From NCBI GenBank assembly GCA_964513235.1, contig CAZEMI010000239.1:3991-67990 (forward strand): a stretch of DNA of 64,000 nt. Reading direction: 5' to 3'. This DNA is from an uncultured Acidobacterium sp. Its GTDB lineage: Bacteria; Acidobacteriota; Vicinamibacteria; Vicinamibacterales; UBA2999. The notes under the pieces were generated by a model. The model did not search any database. It was not told where the DNA came from and saw nothing but the letters and a program-made list of their open reading frames with translations. Position 1 is the first letter of the stretch. Every line of letters starts with the position of its first letter. The position numbers and the translations under genes were made by a program. Shown here piece by piece: positions 29,996-39,511 of this stretch.

Positions 29996-30780
29996 TATGC
30001 CGCCTTGCCGGGGACGGCGGAGCGGGCGGGTGTGCGGTTCGAGCCGGTCAGCATCGCGAACAGCAGCCATCCAAGGGGCACTGCGACGAGCATGTAGGTC
30101 AGGTACTGGCCGTAGACGCCGTCCGGCCCGTACGGTTCGGTGGCCCAGTGCAAGGCTTCGCTGCCGGGGAACAGGTTGGCTTCGGTCAATTCGTGGAAGC
30201 CGTAGATCAGCAGCTGCCCGACAAACACCAACAGGAAGATCGCGGTGACCTGGAAGAATAACGCGAGGTTGACGCGGTGGCCGTAGCGCGACCACAGCAT
30301 CGCCACGCCGGCGGCCGCCAGCGTGCCGCCGATGGCGCCGCCCAGAATCGACATCGCCTGCACCTGCGTCAGCAGCGTGCCCATCAGCAGCGCCGTCTCC
30401 ATGCCCTCGCGCGAAATCATCAGCAGCGTGAACAAGAACACGCCGACCCAGGCCGCGGTGCCGGTCTTCTCGGTCGACTCGCGCAGGTGGCCTTCAATCT
30501 CGCTCTTGATCTTCTTGGCGGTGCGCCACATGTGCACCGTCAGCGTCGCCACAGACACCGCCGCGACGATGGCGAGGATGCCCTCCCAGAGCGCCTGGTT
30601 CGACGCCTGCTGGAACAGGTACGCGGCGCCGACGCTGAGCAGCACCGACACGCCGATGCCCCAATGCACGGCGGGAATCAGTTCGCGCCGGCCGCTCTTG
30701 CGAAGATAGGCGAGGCTGATGGCGATGATGAGGAACGCCTCGAGCCCCTCACGCAGCGTAATCACGAATGCTTGCAACAT
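29995..30780 (-). CDS. FTR1/EfeU-family iron permease
   Basis: Two REGLE/REGME motifs (LREGLEAFL, SREGMETAL). Confidence 0.9.
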   Translation of the reverse strand: MLQAFVITLREGLEAFLIIAISLAYLRKSGRRELIPAVHWGIGVSVLLSVGAAYLFQQASNQALWEGILAIVAAVSVATLTVHMWRTAKKIKSEIEGHLRESTEKTGTAAWVGVFLFTLLMISREGMETALLMGTLLTQVQAMSILGGAIGGTLAAAGVAMLWSRYGHRVNLALFFQVTAIFLLVFVGQLLIYGFHELTEANLFPGSEALHWATEPYGPDGVYGQYLTYMLVAVPLGWLLFAMLTGSNRTPARSAVPGKAA

Positions 30781-30805
30781 GCGAAATGCCTGGATGTCTA
30801 GGAAA

Positions 30806-30820
30806 TGAGAATCAGTCTCA
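30806..30820. promoter_or_regulatory. Fur-box-like site TGAGAATCAGTCTCA
   Basis: 7-1-7 near-palindrome 25 bp upstream of the FTR1 start. Confidence 0.6.
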
Positions 30821-30887
30821 CTTCGGAAGTCCCAGCATATGCGACCGATTCGGTCCGGGCAAGTAATTGCTTTGTCACCGACAACCT

Positions 30888-30918
30888 GCTAAATATTTAG
30901 CGTGCTAAATTATTAGCA
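30888..30918. promoter_or_regulatory. Tandem palindromic operators GCTAA-N4-TTAGC (candidate BlaI/MecI-type sites)
   Basis: gctaaatatttagc (perfect 14-bp palindrome, 30888-30901) and tgctaaattattagca (30903-30918), immediately upstream of the operon containing the BlaI-like gene. Confidence 0.6.
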
Positions 30919-30925
30919 TGTGCCC

Positions 30926-31672
30926 ATGAAAACGCTCGCGCTCGTCATTCTGCCGCTGTCCGCGCTCACCGGCATCCATCAGCCGAACCCGGAGCTCCCG
31001 CGCGCCGAGGTCGTGATCCGCCGCATCTCCGTCCTGGACCCCACCGCGGCGATGTGGCTGCATGACCGCGACGTCATCATCCGCAACGGGAAATTTGCCG
31101 CGGTGCAACCGGCCGGCCGGCCGGTGCCGGCGGCGAAGTTCACCATCAACGGCAACGGCAAATTCGCCATTCCTGGACTCTTCGATCAGCGCGTGCATCT
31201 CGAAAAGTTGGACCGCGCCGGCGCCGGTCTATTCGTGGCGTCTGGCATTACGTCCGTCTGGGACACCGGGACCGACGCCGCCAAGATCGCGCGGTGGCGG
31301 CGCGACCTCAGCTACGGAAAATTCATGGGCCCGCGCATTGTTCGATCCGATGCCGCAGCGCCGGCGCCGCAGCGCGAGCGGAGCGCCGTGGCACTCCACG
31401 AGGAGCTCGCCGCCCGCGTGCGGGCGGGCCAGACGCCGGCGGCAGCGCTGCGGAGCGCGACCATCGAGGCGGCGACCTTTCATGACCGCGGCCAGGACCT
31501 CGGTTCGATCGAACAGGGGAAAATAGCCGATCTGATCGTGCTCGGCGGCGATCCTCTTGCCGACATCGCTCACACGCGTACGATCGATGCGGTGGTCTTC
31601 CGTGGCGAGGTCCTGACACGCGCCCACCTCAACCAACTGCTGTCGCACGCCGGTCGGCCCGGAGCACGATGA
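30926..31672 (+). CDS. Exported, internally shortened amidohydrolase-like protein (probably inactive)
   Basis: N-terminal GKFAIPGLFDQRVH (canonical PGLxDxHxH) and C-terminal LGSIEQGKIADLIVL present; most of the TIM barrel absent; 248 aa. Confidence 0.65.
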   Translation: MKTLALVILPLSALTGIHQPNPELPRAEVVIRRISVLDPTAAMWLHDRDVIIRNGKFAAVQPAGRPVPAAKFTINGNGKFAIPGLFDQRVHLEKLDRAGAGLFVASGITSVWDTGTDAAKIARWRRDLSYGKFMGPRIVRSDAAAPAPQRERSAVALHEELAARVRAGQTPAAALRSATIEAATFHDRGQDLGSIEQGKIADLIVLGGDPLADIAHTRTIDAVVFRGEVLTRAHLNQLLSHAGRPGAR

Positions 31673-32046
31673 ACACGAGCGAAACGCTGTCGCGCCGGGA
31701 ACGAGAGATTCTCGACATTCTTTACGCGAAGGGATCGGCCACCGCGGCCGAGGTTCGCGAAGCGATGGCCGAGGCGCCCAGCTACTCGGCGGTGCGCGCG
31801 CTGCTGCGCATCCTCGAGGAAAAAGGCCACGCCAGTCACGAGGCCCAGGGGACACGATACGTCTATGTGCCGTCGGTGCCGCGCGAACGCGCGCGCAACT
31901 CCGCCCTGACGCGCATCGTCAAAACGTTTTTCGACGGATCCGCCGCGCAGGCCGCCGCCGCGCTCGTGGATTCGGGGTCGTTGTCGGATCAGGAGCTCGA
32001 GCGGCTGTCGGCGCTGATCGAGCGCGCACGGAAAGAGGGACGGTGA
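31669..32046 (+). CDS. BlaI/MecI/CopY-family repressor
   Basis: LSRREREILDILY, SYSAVRALLRILEEKGH, VKTFFDGSAAQAAAAL. Confidence 0.92.
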   Translation: MNTSETLSRREREILDILYAKGSATAAEVREAMAEAPSYSAVRALLRILEEKGHASHEAQGTRYVYVPSVPRERARNSALTRIVKTFFDGSAAQAAAALVDSGSLSDQELERLSALIERARKEGR

Positions 32047-33446
32047 TGGAAGTCGACTTGATCGCTCGCACGTCCGCCGTCCTGCTCGCCGCCGCCGCGC
32101 TCGCCGCGTCGCTGCGTGGCGCCGCGCCCTCAACGCGCCACCTGGTTTGGCATCTCGCGATCATCATCGTCCTGCTCGCGCCTGTGCTCGCCCCGCTCGC
32201 TTCGAGGGTTCCATTGGTTCCAAACGTTCCAGCGGTTCCAAAGGTTGAGTTCTCAAAAGCGGTTTCAACGGTTCCAACTTCGCTACTCGAGAACTCGGAA
32301 CACCCAGAGAACCCTGCCCTTGGAACCCTTGGAACAATTGGAACCCTTGGAACCGGCGCCGTTCTGTTCTGGTTCCTGTTCTGTTGGCTCCTAAGCGGCC
32401 TGTCTGTTTGGCGCGGGTCGAAAGCCGCACCGAAGGAATGGTCTTCGGAGGCGGAGAGGCTTGCCCATCGCATCGGGCTGACGACCCCCGTCGCCGTGCG
32501 CCAATCCATGCGCGAGGTGACCCCGCATGTGGCCGGTCTGTTCACCTCGGTCGTGATGCTGCCGCCGTCGGCCGCCGAATGGAGCACCGAGTCGCGGCAG
32601 GCGGCGCTGGTCCACGAATTGATGCACATCCGCCGCGGCGATCGCCGGACGCAGGCGATCGCGCAGCTGGCAGGCGCGATCTACTGGTTCAACCCGCTGA
32701 TCTGGTATGCGGCGGCCGCCCTCGCGCGCGAGCGGGAGCGCGCCTGCGACGATGAGGTGTTGAGGCTTGGCGCGAGGCCGTCGGCGTACGCGAGCTTGCT
32801 GCTCGACCTGGCGCGATCGCCGTCGGCGTGGACGCCCGCCACCGCGTTGAGCATGGCGCGGCCATCGGCGATCGAGGGCCGCCTGCTGGCGATCCTTGGC
32901 CACGCCGCGAGAACGCCTCGCCGATCCACGCGCTGGATCGTGACGGCCATGCTCGCCGTGCTGGCCACGGTCATTCTCGGTGCGCAACCGGCGGCGCCGG
33001 CGCCACAGGCGGTGGCGACACCGAAAGCGCCGGAGCTGATGGCAGACAGCGCCGAACAGCCTTCGTCTTCGATCACGGGCGCGCTGGTGGAAGCCCTGAA
33101 CGATACCAGCCAGCAGGTCCGCGAACAGGCGGCCATGGGCCTCGCGCTCACGCCAGGCGGCGACGTGATCGATCCGTTGCTGAGGGCGCTCAAAGACGAG
33201 GACCCACAGGTTCGTGAAAAAGCCGCGATCGGATTGTCCTTCCGGCGCGATGCGCGCATCGTGCCGCCGCTGCTGGCCGCCATCGAGGATCGCGATGCGC
33301 AGGTGCGTGAGAAGGCGGCCATCGCCCTGGGCGCGAGCGGCGACGAGCGCGCCATTGGCGCGCTGCGGAAGGCGATGCGCGATCCTGATTCGCAGGTGCG
33401 CGAAAAGGCCGTGGCGGGCCTCGTGCTGCTCGGACTGCGCCAATGA
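32043..33446 (+). CDS. M56 (BlaR1-type) metallopeptidase with C-terminal HEAT repeats
   Basis: LVHELMHIRRGD (HExxH), YWFNPL, ERERACDDEVL; repeated DxDPQVREKAA HEAT units. Confidence 0.88.
   Translation: MMEVDLIARTSAVLLAAAALAASLRGAAPSTRHLVWHLAIIIVLLAPVLAPLASRVPLVPNVPAVPKVEFSKAVSTVPTSLLENSEHPENPALGTLGTIGTLGTGAVLFWFLFCWLLSGLSVWRGSKAAPKEWSSEAERLAHRIGLTTPVAVRQSMREVTPHVAGLFTSVVMLPPSAAEWSTESRQAALVHELMHIRRGDRRTQAIAQLAGAIYWFNPLIWYAAAALARERERACDDEVLRLGARPSAYASLLLDLARSPSAWTPATALSMARPSAIEGRLLAILGHAARTPRRSTRWIVTAMLAVLATVILGAQPAAPAPQAVATPKAPELMADSAEQPSSSITGALVEALNDTSQQVREQAAMGLALTPGGDVIDPLLRALKDEDPQVREKAAIGLSFRRDARIVPPLLAAIEDRDAQVREKAAIALGASGDERAIGALRKAMRDPDSQVREKAVAGLVLLGLRQ
32207..32354. repeat. Translated palindromic element of 9-bp repeats (GGTTCCAxx ... 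TTGGAACCC) inside the M56 gene
   Basis: 5' arm encodes VPLVPNVPAVPKV, 3' arm GTLGTIGTLGT; inner gagttctc/gagaactc pair; AT-richer than flanks. Confidence 0.75.
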
Positions 33447-34858
33447 TCTTTGCCGCCGGCGCGCTCGCCACGCAGATCGCACTCGCGCCCTGCGCCATCG
33501 ACGGCGTGCCCGGCCAGGCGCACTGTGGCACCTACCAGGTGTGGAAAAACCGCGACTCGAGGCAGGGACGCCAGATCGACCTGGCGGTCCTCGTGCTGCC
33601 GGCGCTCGAACCGAACAAGAAGGCCGACCCATTTTTCATGCTCCAGGGCGGGCCCGGCGATGCGCCGTCGTTCAACGCGCGCTTCTATGGCCGCGTTTTT
33701 CACGACATTCGCAGGACTCGGGACCTCGTGCTCGTGGATTTGCGCGGGACCGGCAAGTCCGGCGCGTTGACGTGCCCCGAGCTGGCGAAACCGGATACTG
33801 ACGGCAACTTCGATGCGAACCTGTTGAGCGTGCCGGCGGTGCGCGCCTGCCGCGCGCGGCTGGAGAAGATCGCCGATCTGCGTTGGTATACGACGGAGAT
33901 CGCCGTCGACGATCTCGAAGACGTCCGCCAGGCCCTCGGCTATGGGCCGATCAACGTCTATGGCACGTCGTACGGCTCGCGCGTCGCGCAGGTCTACCTG
34001 CGCAAGTATCCGAAGAGCCTCCGCGCCGTGGCGATGAAAGGGATCGTGCCCGCGTCGATGGCGATGCCCGAGACGCACGCGCGCGCTGGCGAGGATGCGT
34101 GGACAGCGCTGGTGGCGCGTTGCCAGGGCGACGCGAACTGCCGCCGGACATTTCCGACGCTCGACGCCGACTTCCGCCAATTGCTCGCGCGCCTCGACAA
34201 AGAGGCGCCGGTCCTGACCCGGTCCGCGGGAGGAAGCCGGCCGGCAGCGACCATCCAAGTCACGCGTGGTTTGTTCGCGGAAGCGTTTCGCAACGTCCTC
34301 TACACGCCCGAAGGCGCGGCGCAGGCGCCGCTGCGGGTGACGCAATTGCTGGCCGGCGACGATCGCCGTCTCGCGGAAACGGCGCTGGCCGGCCGCACGG
34401 TGTTAGGAGGCGAACGCCTGGCGGCCGGGTTCTTCCTGTCGGTCACCTGCACCGAGGACATTCCGTTTTTGTCGAAGGATGCCGACGCCAAGGCCACCGG
34501 GACGTTCGGGGGCGCCTATCGACTGCAACAGCAGCGAGCCGCGTGCCAGGAGTGGCCGCGCGGCGCGGTGTCGACCGCGCATCGGCAACCCACCACCTCC
34601 GCCGTGCCCGCGTTGTTGATCTCCGGCGAGCTCGACCCGGTGACGCCGCCCTCTGGCGCCGACGAGGTGGTGCGTCATTGGTCGCGCGGCCGTCACGTGG
34701 TGATTCGCAACAACGGTCATCCGATCGGCAACGCCGAAAAATGCATCGGCGAAATGATTGGCGAGTTCCTCGATCGTGGCTCCGCCGATGGCCTGGCGAT
34801 CGGTTGCGCCGCCAACAACCCCGCGCCGCCGTTTCTCCTTTCCGGACCACAGCCGTGA
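33443..34858 (+). CDS. Exported alpha/beta-hydrolase (S33/TAP-like peptidase)
   Basis: LQGGPG, DLRGTGKS, YGTSYGS nucleophile, GELDPVTP, NGH. Confidence 0.85.
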   Translation: MIFAAGALATQIALAPCAIDGVPGQAHCGTYQVWKNRDSRQGRQIDLAVLVLPALEPNKKADPFFMLQGGPGDAPSFNARFYGRVFHDIRRTRDLVLVDLRGTGKSGALTCPELAKPDTDGNFDANLLSVPAVRACRARLEKIADLRWYTTEIAVDDLEDVRQALGYGPINVYGTSYGSRVAQVYLRKYPKSLRAVAMKGIVPASMAMPETHARAGEDAWTALVARCQGDANCRRTFPTLDADFRQLLARLDKEAPVLTRSAGGSRPAATIQVTRGLFAEAFRNVLYTPEGAAQAPLRVTQLLAGDDRRLAETALAGRTVLGGERLAAGFFLSVTCTEDIPFLSKDADAKATGTFGGAYRLQQQRAACQEWPRGAVSTAHRQPTTSAVPALLISGELDPVTPPSGADEVVRHWSRGRHVVIRNNGHPIGNAEKCIGEMIGEFLDRGSADGLAIGCAANNPAPPFLLSGPQP

Positions 34859-34863
34859 CCGCG

Positions 34864-37269
34864 ATGCTGGCCGACTTTACCCACGGGCTTCGTGTGCTCA
34901 TTCGCACGCCGCTATTCACCACCTGCACGATCGCGGCGCTGGCCATCGGGATCGGATCGACCACGGCGCTCTTCAGCGTGGTGCATGCGATGCTGCTGAA
35001 GCCGCTGCCGTACGCGGACGCGGATCGGCTGCTCGTGATCTGGGAACACAACCGGCCGCGCAATCGCCCCCGCAACGTGGTCAACATCGTCAACTTCATG
35101 GGCTGGCGCGATCGCAGCAAGTTGTTCGACGGCATGGCAGCGCTCCAGCAGAACCGCGTCACGTTGACCGGCAGCGCCGAGCCGATGGAGCTGTCGACGC
35201 TCGTCGTCACGGCCAACATGTTCGACGTGCTCGGCGCTTCGCCGATGATCGGGCGCAGGTTCCTGGCAGGGGAAGATCAGAGCACGTCGGCGCGCACGAT
35301 CCTCCTGTCGCACGGACTCTGGGTGCGCCAGTTCGGCGGCACCGCGAGCGTGCTGGGCACGCCCGTCACCGTGAACGGCGAGCCTGTGGTGGTGATCGGC
35401 GTCATGCCGCCCGGGTTTGAGATTCTCGGCCAGCAGGCCGACGCCATCACCGCGTTCCGCTTCGGTCCACAAACGGGCACGGGCGGCCGCGGCCTGGTGG
35501 CGATCGGCCGCATGAAGCCTGGTGTCACTCGCGACCAGGCGCAGGCCGAGCTCGAGGGCGTGATGACCGGGTTGCGCAACGAGCGGCCTGACTTCAACAC
35601 CGGGTGGACCGTCAACGCGGTGCCGCTCCGCGAGCAGCTGGTCGGCGACATCCGGCCGGCCTTACTGGCGCTCTTTGGCGCCGTCGGCGCGGTCTTGCTG
35701 ATCGCCTGCGGCAACATCGGCAGCCTGATGCTGACGCGCGCGGCGGGCCGCCGCCGCGAGCTCGCCATTCGCGCGGCGGTGGGCGCCGGCACTGGCCGCC
35801 TGCTGACGCAGCTGGTCTGCGAAGCGTTCGTGCTGGCGATGGCCGGCGGCGTGCTCGGCGTGATCCTGGCGCGGTGGCTGCTGAGCGGCCTGACCTCGTG
35901 GGTGTCGACCCGCGTGCCGCTGCCCCTCCTCGGACAAGTGCAAATCGATCCCACCGTGTTGATCTTCGCGGCGGCGATCACCATCCTGACCACGCTGGTG
36001 TGCGGGCTGGCCCCGGCGATTGGGGCCACCGGCGGCTCGCTCGTGTCGGCATTGAGAGACGGCGCGCCCACCACGGCCGGCAGCGTGCGCGGCCGGCTGA
36101 TCCGGCAGGGATTTGTGATTGCCGAGATCGCGCTGGCACTCACGGTGTTATGCGGCGCGGGCGTGCTCGGCCGCAGCCTGATGCAACTGCAAGGCGTGAA
36201 TCCCGGGTTCCAACCGGAATCCGCGTTGTCGTTGCGGGTCACGCTGCCGCAACGGAGTTACCCGGATTCGGACGCGCAACACACGTTTCACGTGCGGACC
36301 ATCGACGGATTGAAGGCGCTGCCGGGCACTCGAGCGGTGGGCGGCACGTCGTTCCTGCCGCTCGCGGGTATTGGACCGGCAACGTCGTTCTGGCGGGCCG
36401 ATCAACCGCAGCCCGCGCCTGACGATCGCCCCGTGGCCGATGCCCGGCCGGTGACCGCCGGCTATTTCACCGCCATGGGCATTCCGCTGCTCGCCGGCCG
36501 TGACGTCAACGACAACGACACGTCCGATCGTCCACCGGTGGCCGTGATCAACGAATCCTTCGCGCGGCAGATCTATCCGGGCGACAACCCGATCGGCCGG
36601 CAGTTCATCCTCAATCTCGGCAACGAGCAGCCGCACGAGATCATCGGCGTGGTCGGCGACGTGAAGCTGGTCAGCCTTGACGGAGAGATTCGCCCGACCG
36701 CGTACCTGTCCTCGCGCCAGTATGCCTTCGGGATCATGACCTACGTGGTTCGGACCGACACCGACCCCTCGACGATCGCGCCGGCCGCGGTGCGCGTGAT
36801 TCGCGAGATCGATCCGCTGCTGCCGGTGTCGGCGGTGCGGCCGCTCGACGAGGTGTTCGCCGAATCGATCGCGCGGCCGCGATTGACGGCCTCGGCGATG
36901 AGCATCTTCGCGGGCGCGGCGCTGCTGCTCGCGGCGCTCGGGGTCTACGGCATCGTCGCGTATTCGGTGGCGCAGCGCTCGCGCGAGTTCGGCATTCGCG
37001 TCGCGCTCGGCGCCAAGCCGGCCCAGATCATCACCATGGTTGTCGGCCAGAACCTGCGCATTGTCGTGATTGGCGTCATCCTCGGGATCGTCGTGGCGAT
37101 TCCGGCCACTCGCATGCTGCGCGGGTTGCTGTTCAACGTGCCGCCCAACGATCCAGCGACCTTCATCGCGATCGGCGTGATGTTGTCGGTCGTAGCGATG
37201 GTGGCCTCGTATCTGCCCGCCAGGCGCGGTACACAGATCGATCCCGTGGTGACGTTGAAATCGGAGTAG
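34864..37269 (+). CDS. ADOP-family duplicated ABC permease
   Basis: Two MacB-PCD/FtsX halves; LLIACGNIG..RRRELAIRAAVGAG; GVYGIVAYSVAQRSREFGIRVALGA; IDPVVTLKSE; start ATG 34864. Confidence 0.9.
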   Translation: MLADFTHGLRVLIRTPLFTTCTIAALAIGIGSTTALFSVVHAMLLKPLPYADADRLLVIWEHNRPRNRPRNVVNIVNFMGWRDRSKLFDGMAALQQNRVTLTGSAEPMELSTLVVTANMFDVLGASPMIGRRFLAGEDQSTSARTILLSHGLWVRQFGGTASVLGTPVTVNGEPVVVIGVMPPGFEILGQQADAITAFRFGPQTGTGGRGLVAIGRMKPGVTRDQAQAELEGVMTGLRNERPDFNTGWTVNAVPLREQLVGDIRPALLALFGAVGAVLLIACGNIGSLMLTRAAGRRRELAIRAAVGAGTGRLLTQLVCEAFVLAMAGGVLGVILARWLLSGLTSWVSTRVPLPLLGQVQIDPTVLIFAAAITILTTLVCGLAPAIGATGGSLVSALRDGAPTTAGSVRGRLIRQGFVIAEIALALTVLCGAGVLGRSLMQLQGVNPGFQPESALSLRVTLPQRSYPDSDAQHTFHVRTIDGLKALPGTRAVGGTSFLPLAGIGPATSFWRADQPQPAPDDRPVADARPVTAGYFTAMGIPLLAGRDVNDNDTSDRPPVAVINESFARQIYPGDNPIGRQFILNLGNEQPHEIIGVVGDVKLVSLDGEIRPTAYLSSRQYAFGIMTYVVRTDTDPSTIAPAAVRVIREIDPLLPVSAVRPLDEVFAESIARPRLTASAMSIFAGAALLLAALGVYGIVAYSVAQRSREFGIRVALGAKPAQIITMVVGQNLRIVVIGVILGIVVAIPATRMLRGLLFNVPPNDPATFIAIGVMLSVVAMVASYLPARRGTQIDPVVTLKSE

Positions 37270-37276
37270 CCGGCAA

Positions 37277-37873
37277 TCAGTCGGCCTGAACGACCGTGCG
37301 CACGCTGCGGTGCCCGCGGGCGAGTTCCGCGGGCAGCAGCTTGCTGAAGTACAACTTGGACTCGTCGTTGTCGGTGGGGTGCGCCTCGTGCTTGACCACG
37401 TTGAAGTGGAGCTGCGCCAGCACGGCACGCATGTCGTAGTAGCGATTCTTCGCCTTGACGACCACTTCTTCGAACCCCGCCGACATCGCCCACACTTCTG
37501 ATTCCTCGGTGAGCGCGCGGAAGTGGCCCTGGCCGCGCCAGTCGCGCCGCGTGCCGCCGATCCATTGATAGAGAATGCGCCGGCCGTCGAACTTGACGGG
37601 ACCGTTGATGCGGCTGACCAGGTCGCGCAGCTTGGGGATCGATTCCTGCGCGCGGATCTCGTGCACGATCTTGTAGGACACCGGCACGAGCGCGCCGCTC
37701 GGATCGTCAGGCAGCGGCGCTTCGGCCATCAGGATCAGAAATTCGCGATCGCCTAACCGGTCGATGATCTCGGACGCCGTCTTGCGGCGCGGGAACTCGC
37801 CAAAGTATTCCTCGAGGTATTGGATTTCCCACGCCCCGGGCTCGAGGGCGTACTGCTTGATCAGGTATTCCAC
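37277..37873 (-). CDS. GNAT-fold protein of unknown specificity (198 aa)
   Basis: Start re-called at GTG 37873 (VEYLIKQY); acetyl-CoA motif A-like WIGGTRRDWRGQGHFRAL; KAKNRYYDMRAVL..F. Confidence 0.7.
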   Translation of the reverse strand: MEYLIKQYALEPGAWEIQYLEEYFGEFPRRKTASEIIDRLGDREFLILMAEAPLPDDPSGALVPVSYKIVHEIRAQESIPKLRDLVSRINGPVKFDGRRILYQWIGGTRRDWRGQGHFRALTEESEVWAMSAGFEEVVVKAKNRYYDMRAVLAQLHFNVVKHEAHPTDNDESKLYFSKLLPAELARGHRSVRTVVQAD

Positions 37874-37883
37874 CAGACCGTCG

Positions 37884-37889
37884 ATTATA
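37884..37889 (-). promoter_or_regulatory. Consensus -10 hexamer TATAAT overlapping the sigma-factor stop codon
   Basis: Minus strand TATAAT, 10 nt before GTG 37873. Confidence 0.5.
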
Positions 37890-39147
37890 CGAGAAGGGAT
37901 AGGCGCGCCGTGAGCCAGCGGTGTTCGGGCGACGAGCGCGCCAGCCCAAGGGCGGCGCGATAGCACGCCGCCGCGCGCTCGAGATCGCCGGCCTCCCGCC
38001 ATAATTCGGCTTGGATGGCGGGCAGCAGCGGATAGCGCTCCAGCGCCGGCGCGTTCGCGACCCCGTCGAGCGCGGCGAGGCCCGACAGCGGGCCGTCGAT
38101 GCGCGACACCGCGACGGCGCGATTGACCGCTACCACCGGCGAGCGCGTCAGCGCGAGCAGCGCGTCGTAGAGTTCGACGATCTGGGGCCAGTCGGTGGCG
38201 TCCCATGACGGGGCGGCCGCGTGGCAGGCGGCAATGCCCGCCTCGAGATGCCGCGCCGTCACGGTCTCCCCCGCCGCGGCGCGATCGAGCGCGTGCAGGC
38301 CTTCGGCAATCAGCGCGCGATCCCACGTGCCGCGATCCTGATCTCGCAGCAGGAACAGCGTGCCTTCCGAATCGACGCGCGCCGGAAATCGAGCGGCGTG
38401 CAACAACATCAGCGCCACGAGCGCCCATACGCGCGGGCACACCGTGGCCGGATGCGCCGCCAGCATGCGCGCCAGCCTGATTGCCTCGAACGCCACCTCA
38501 TCGCGCACGAGTTGATCGCCGGCGGTGGCGGCGTAGCCTTCGTTGAACATGAGATAGAGCGCGTCGATGACGGAGTCGAGCCGCTCACCAAGCTCGTGCG
38601 GCGCGGGCATCCCGAAGCTGACTTCGTCGTCGCGCAGCTGGCGCCTGGCGCGCACCAGCCGTTGCGCGATCGTGCTTTCCTGCGAGAGAAACGCGCGCGC
38701 GATCTCGCCGACGCTGAAGCCCCCGGCCAGTTTCAACGCGAGCGCGACGCGGGCATCGGCCGGTAACGCGGGATGACACGTGAGAAACAACAAGCCCAGC
38801 TGGTCGTCGTCAAGCGCGGGCAGTTCGTCTCGCAGCAACGGATCGGCGGAGGGTAATTCAATGGTTGCGGACTCGCGCGCGAGGGCCGGCTCCTTGTCCG
38901 CCACCATCCTGCCGTGACGCAATCGATCGAGCGCGCGGTTACGCGCCACCTGGAAGAGCCACGCTTCGGGGCTGTCGGGAACGCCGCGAAACGGCCACTG
39001 CTGCATCGCCGTCAGTAGCGCGTCCTGCACCGCGTCTTCGGCGACGGTCAGGTGGCGTGAGCCCAGGGTCCTGGTGAGCGTCGCGACCATCTGCCCCGCC
39101 TGCCGGCGGAACAGATGATCCACAAGTGCAATAGCCTCGGTGGTCAC
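37885..39147 (-). CDS. ECF sigma factor with C-terminal TPR/DUF6596 extension (ECF42-type)
   Basis: AEDAVQDA..AWLFQVARNRALDRLR, LLFLTCHPAL, IAQRLVRARRQL, YLMFNEGY, SPVVAVNRAVA; paired with YciI/DGPF gene. Confidence 0.88.
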   Translation of the reverse strand: MTTEAIALVDHLFRRQAGQMVATLTRTLGSRHLTVAEDAVQDALLTAMQQWPFRGVPDSPEAWLFQVARNRALDRLRHGRMVADKEPALARESATIELPSADPLLRDELPALDDDQLGLLFLTCHPALPADARVALALKLAGGFSVGEIARAFLSQESTIAQRLVRARRQLRDDEVSFGMPAPHELGERLDSVIDALYLMFNEGYAATAGDQLVRDEVAFEAIRLARMLAAHPATVCPRVWALVALMLLHAARFPARVDSEGTLFLLRDQDRGTWDRALIAEGLHALDRAAAGETVTARHLEAGIAACHAAAPSWDATDWPQIVELYDALLALTRSPVVAVNRAVAVSRIDGPLSGLAALDGVANAPALERYPLLPAIQAELWREAGDLERAAACYRAALGLARSSPEHRWLTARLSLLV

Positions 39148-39166
39148 GGTCCCGGACCCTTTACAA

Positions 39167-39511
39167 TTACGTGGGATCAACCTCGCGGATCTCGATCGAG
39201 CCGAAATCGAGGTGCGGGCAGTCCTTGCTCAGCTCGACCACTTCTTCGTAACTGTTCGCCTCGACGATGAACAGGCCGCCGATCACCTCGCGCGCTTCGG
39301 CGTAGGGGCCGTCGGTGACCTTTGTGCTCCCCGACCCGCCGCGCATCACGCGGCCCTGGCCGTCGGTGAGCTTGTGGCCCTCAACCTTGCGGCCGTTCTG
39401 CTGGATCTTCTGCCGCCATGTGACGTAGCGCTGGATGATGGCCTGGATCTGGTCGGGGCTGATGTCGGCCGGGAAGCCGGCGTCGTGCAAGAGCATGATG
39501 AACTTGGGCAT
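39167..39511 (-). CDS. YciI/DGPF-family protein
   Basis: AAGGAG RBS; VTDGPYAEAREVIGGLFIVEA, GSIEIREV. Confidence 0.9.
   Translation of the reverse strand: MPKFIMLLHDAGFPADISPDQIQAIIQRYVTWRQKIQQNGRKVEGHKLTDGQGRVMRGGSGSTKVTDGPYAEAREVIGGLFIVEANSYEEVVELSKDCPHLDFGSIEIREVDPT

Noticed and set aside
33883-34863. N-terminal 327 aa of the 1128-aa ORF in the track
   Set aside because: It overlaps the alpha/beta-hydrolase gene in another frame. ADOP similarity begins at ATG 34864. The same reasoning applies to the upstream parts of track ORFs 23043, 39435, 39755, 44877 and 56016.
37874-38440. Long N-terminal extension of the GNAT ORF (37277-38440 in the track)
   Set aside because: It overlaps the ECF sigma gene on the same strand in another frame and is low-complexity. 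A -10 box and GTG at 37873 give a better start.
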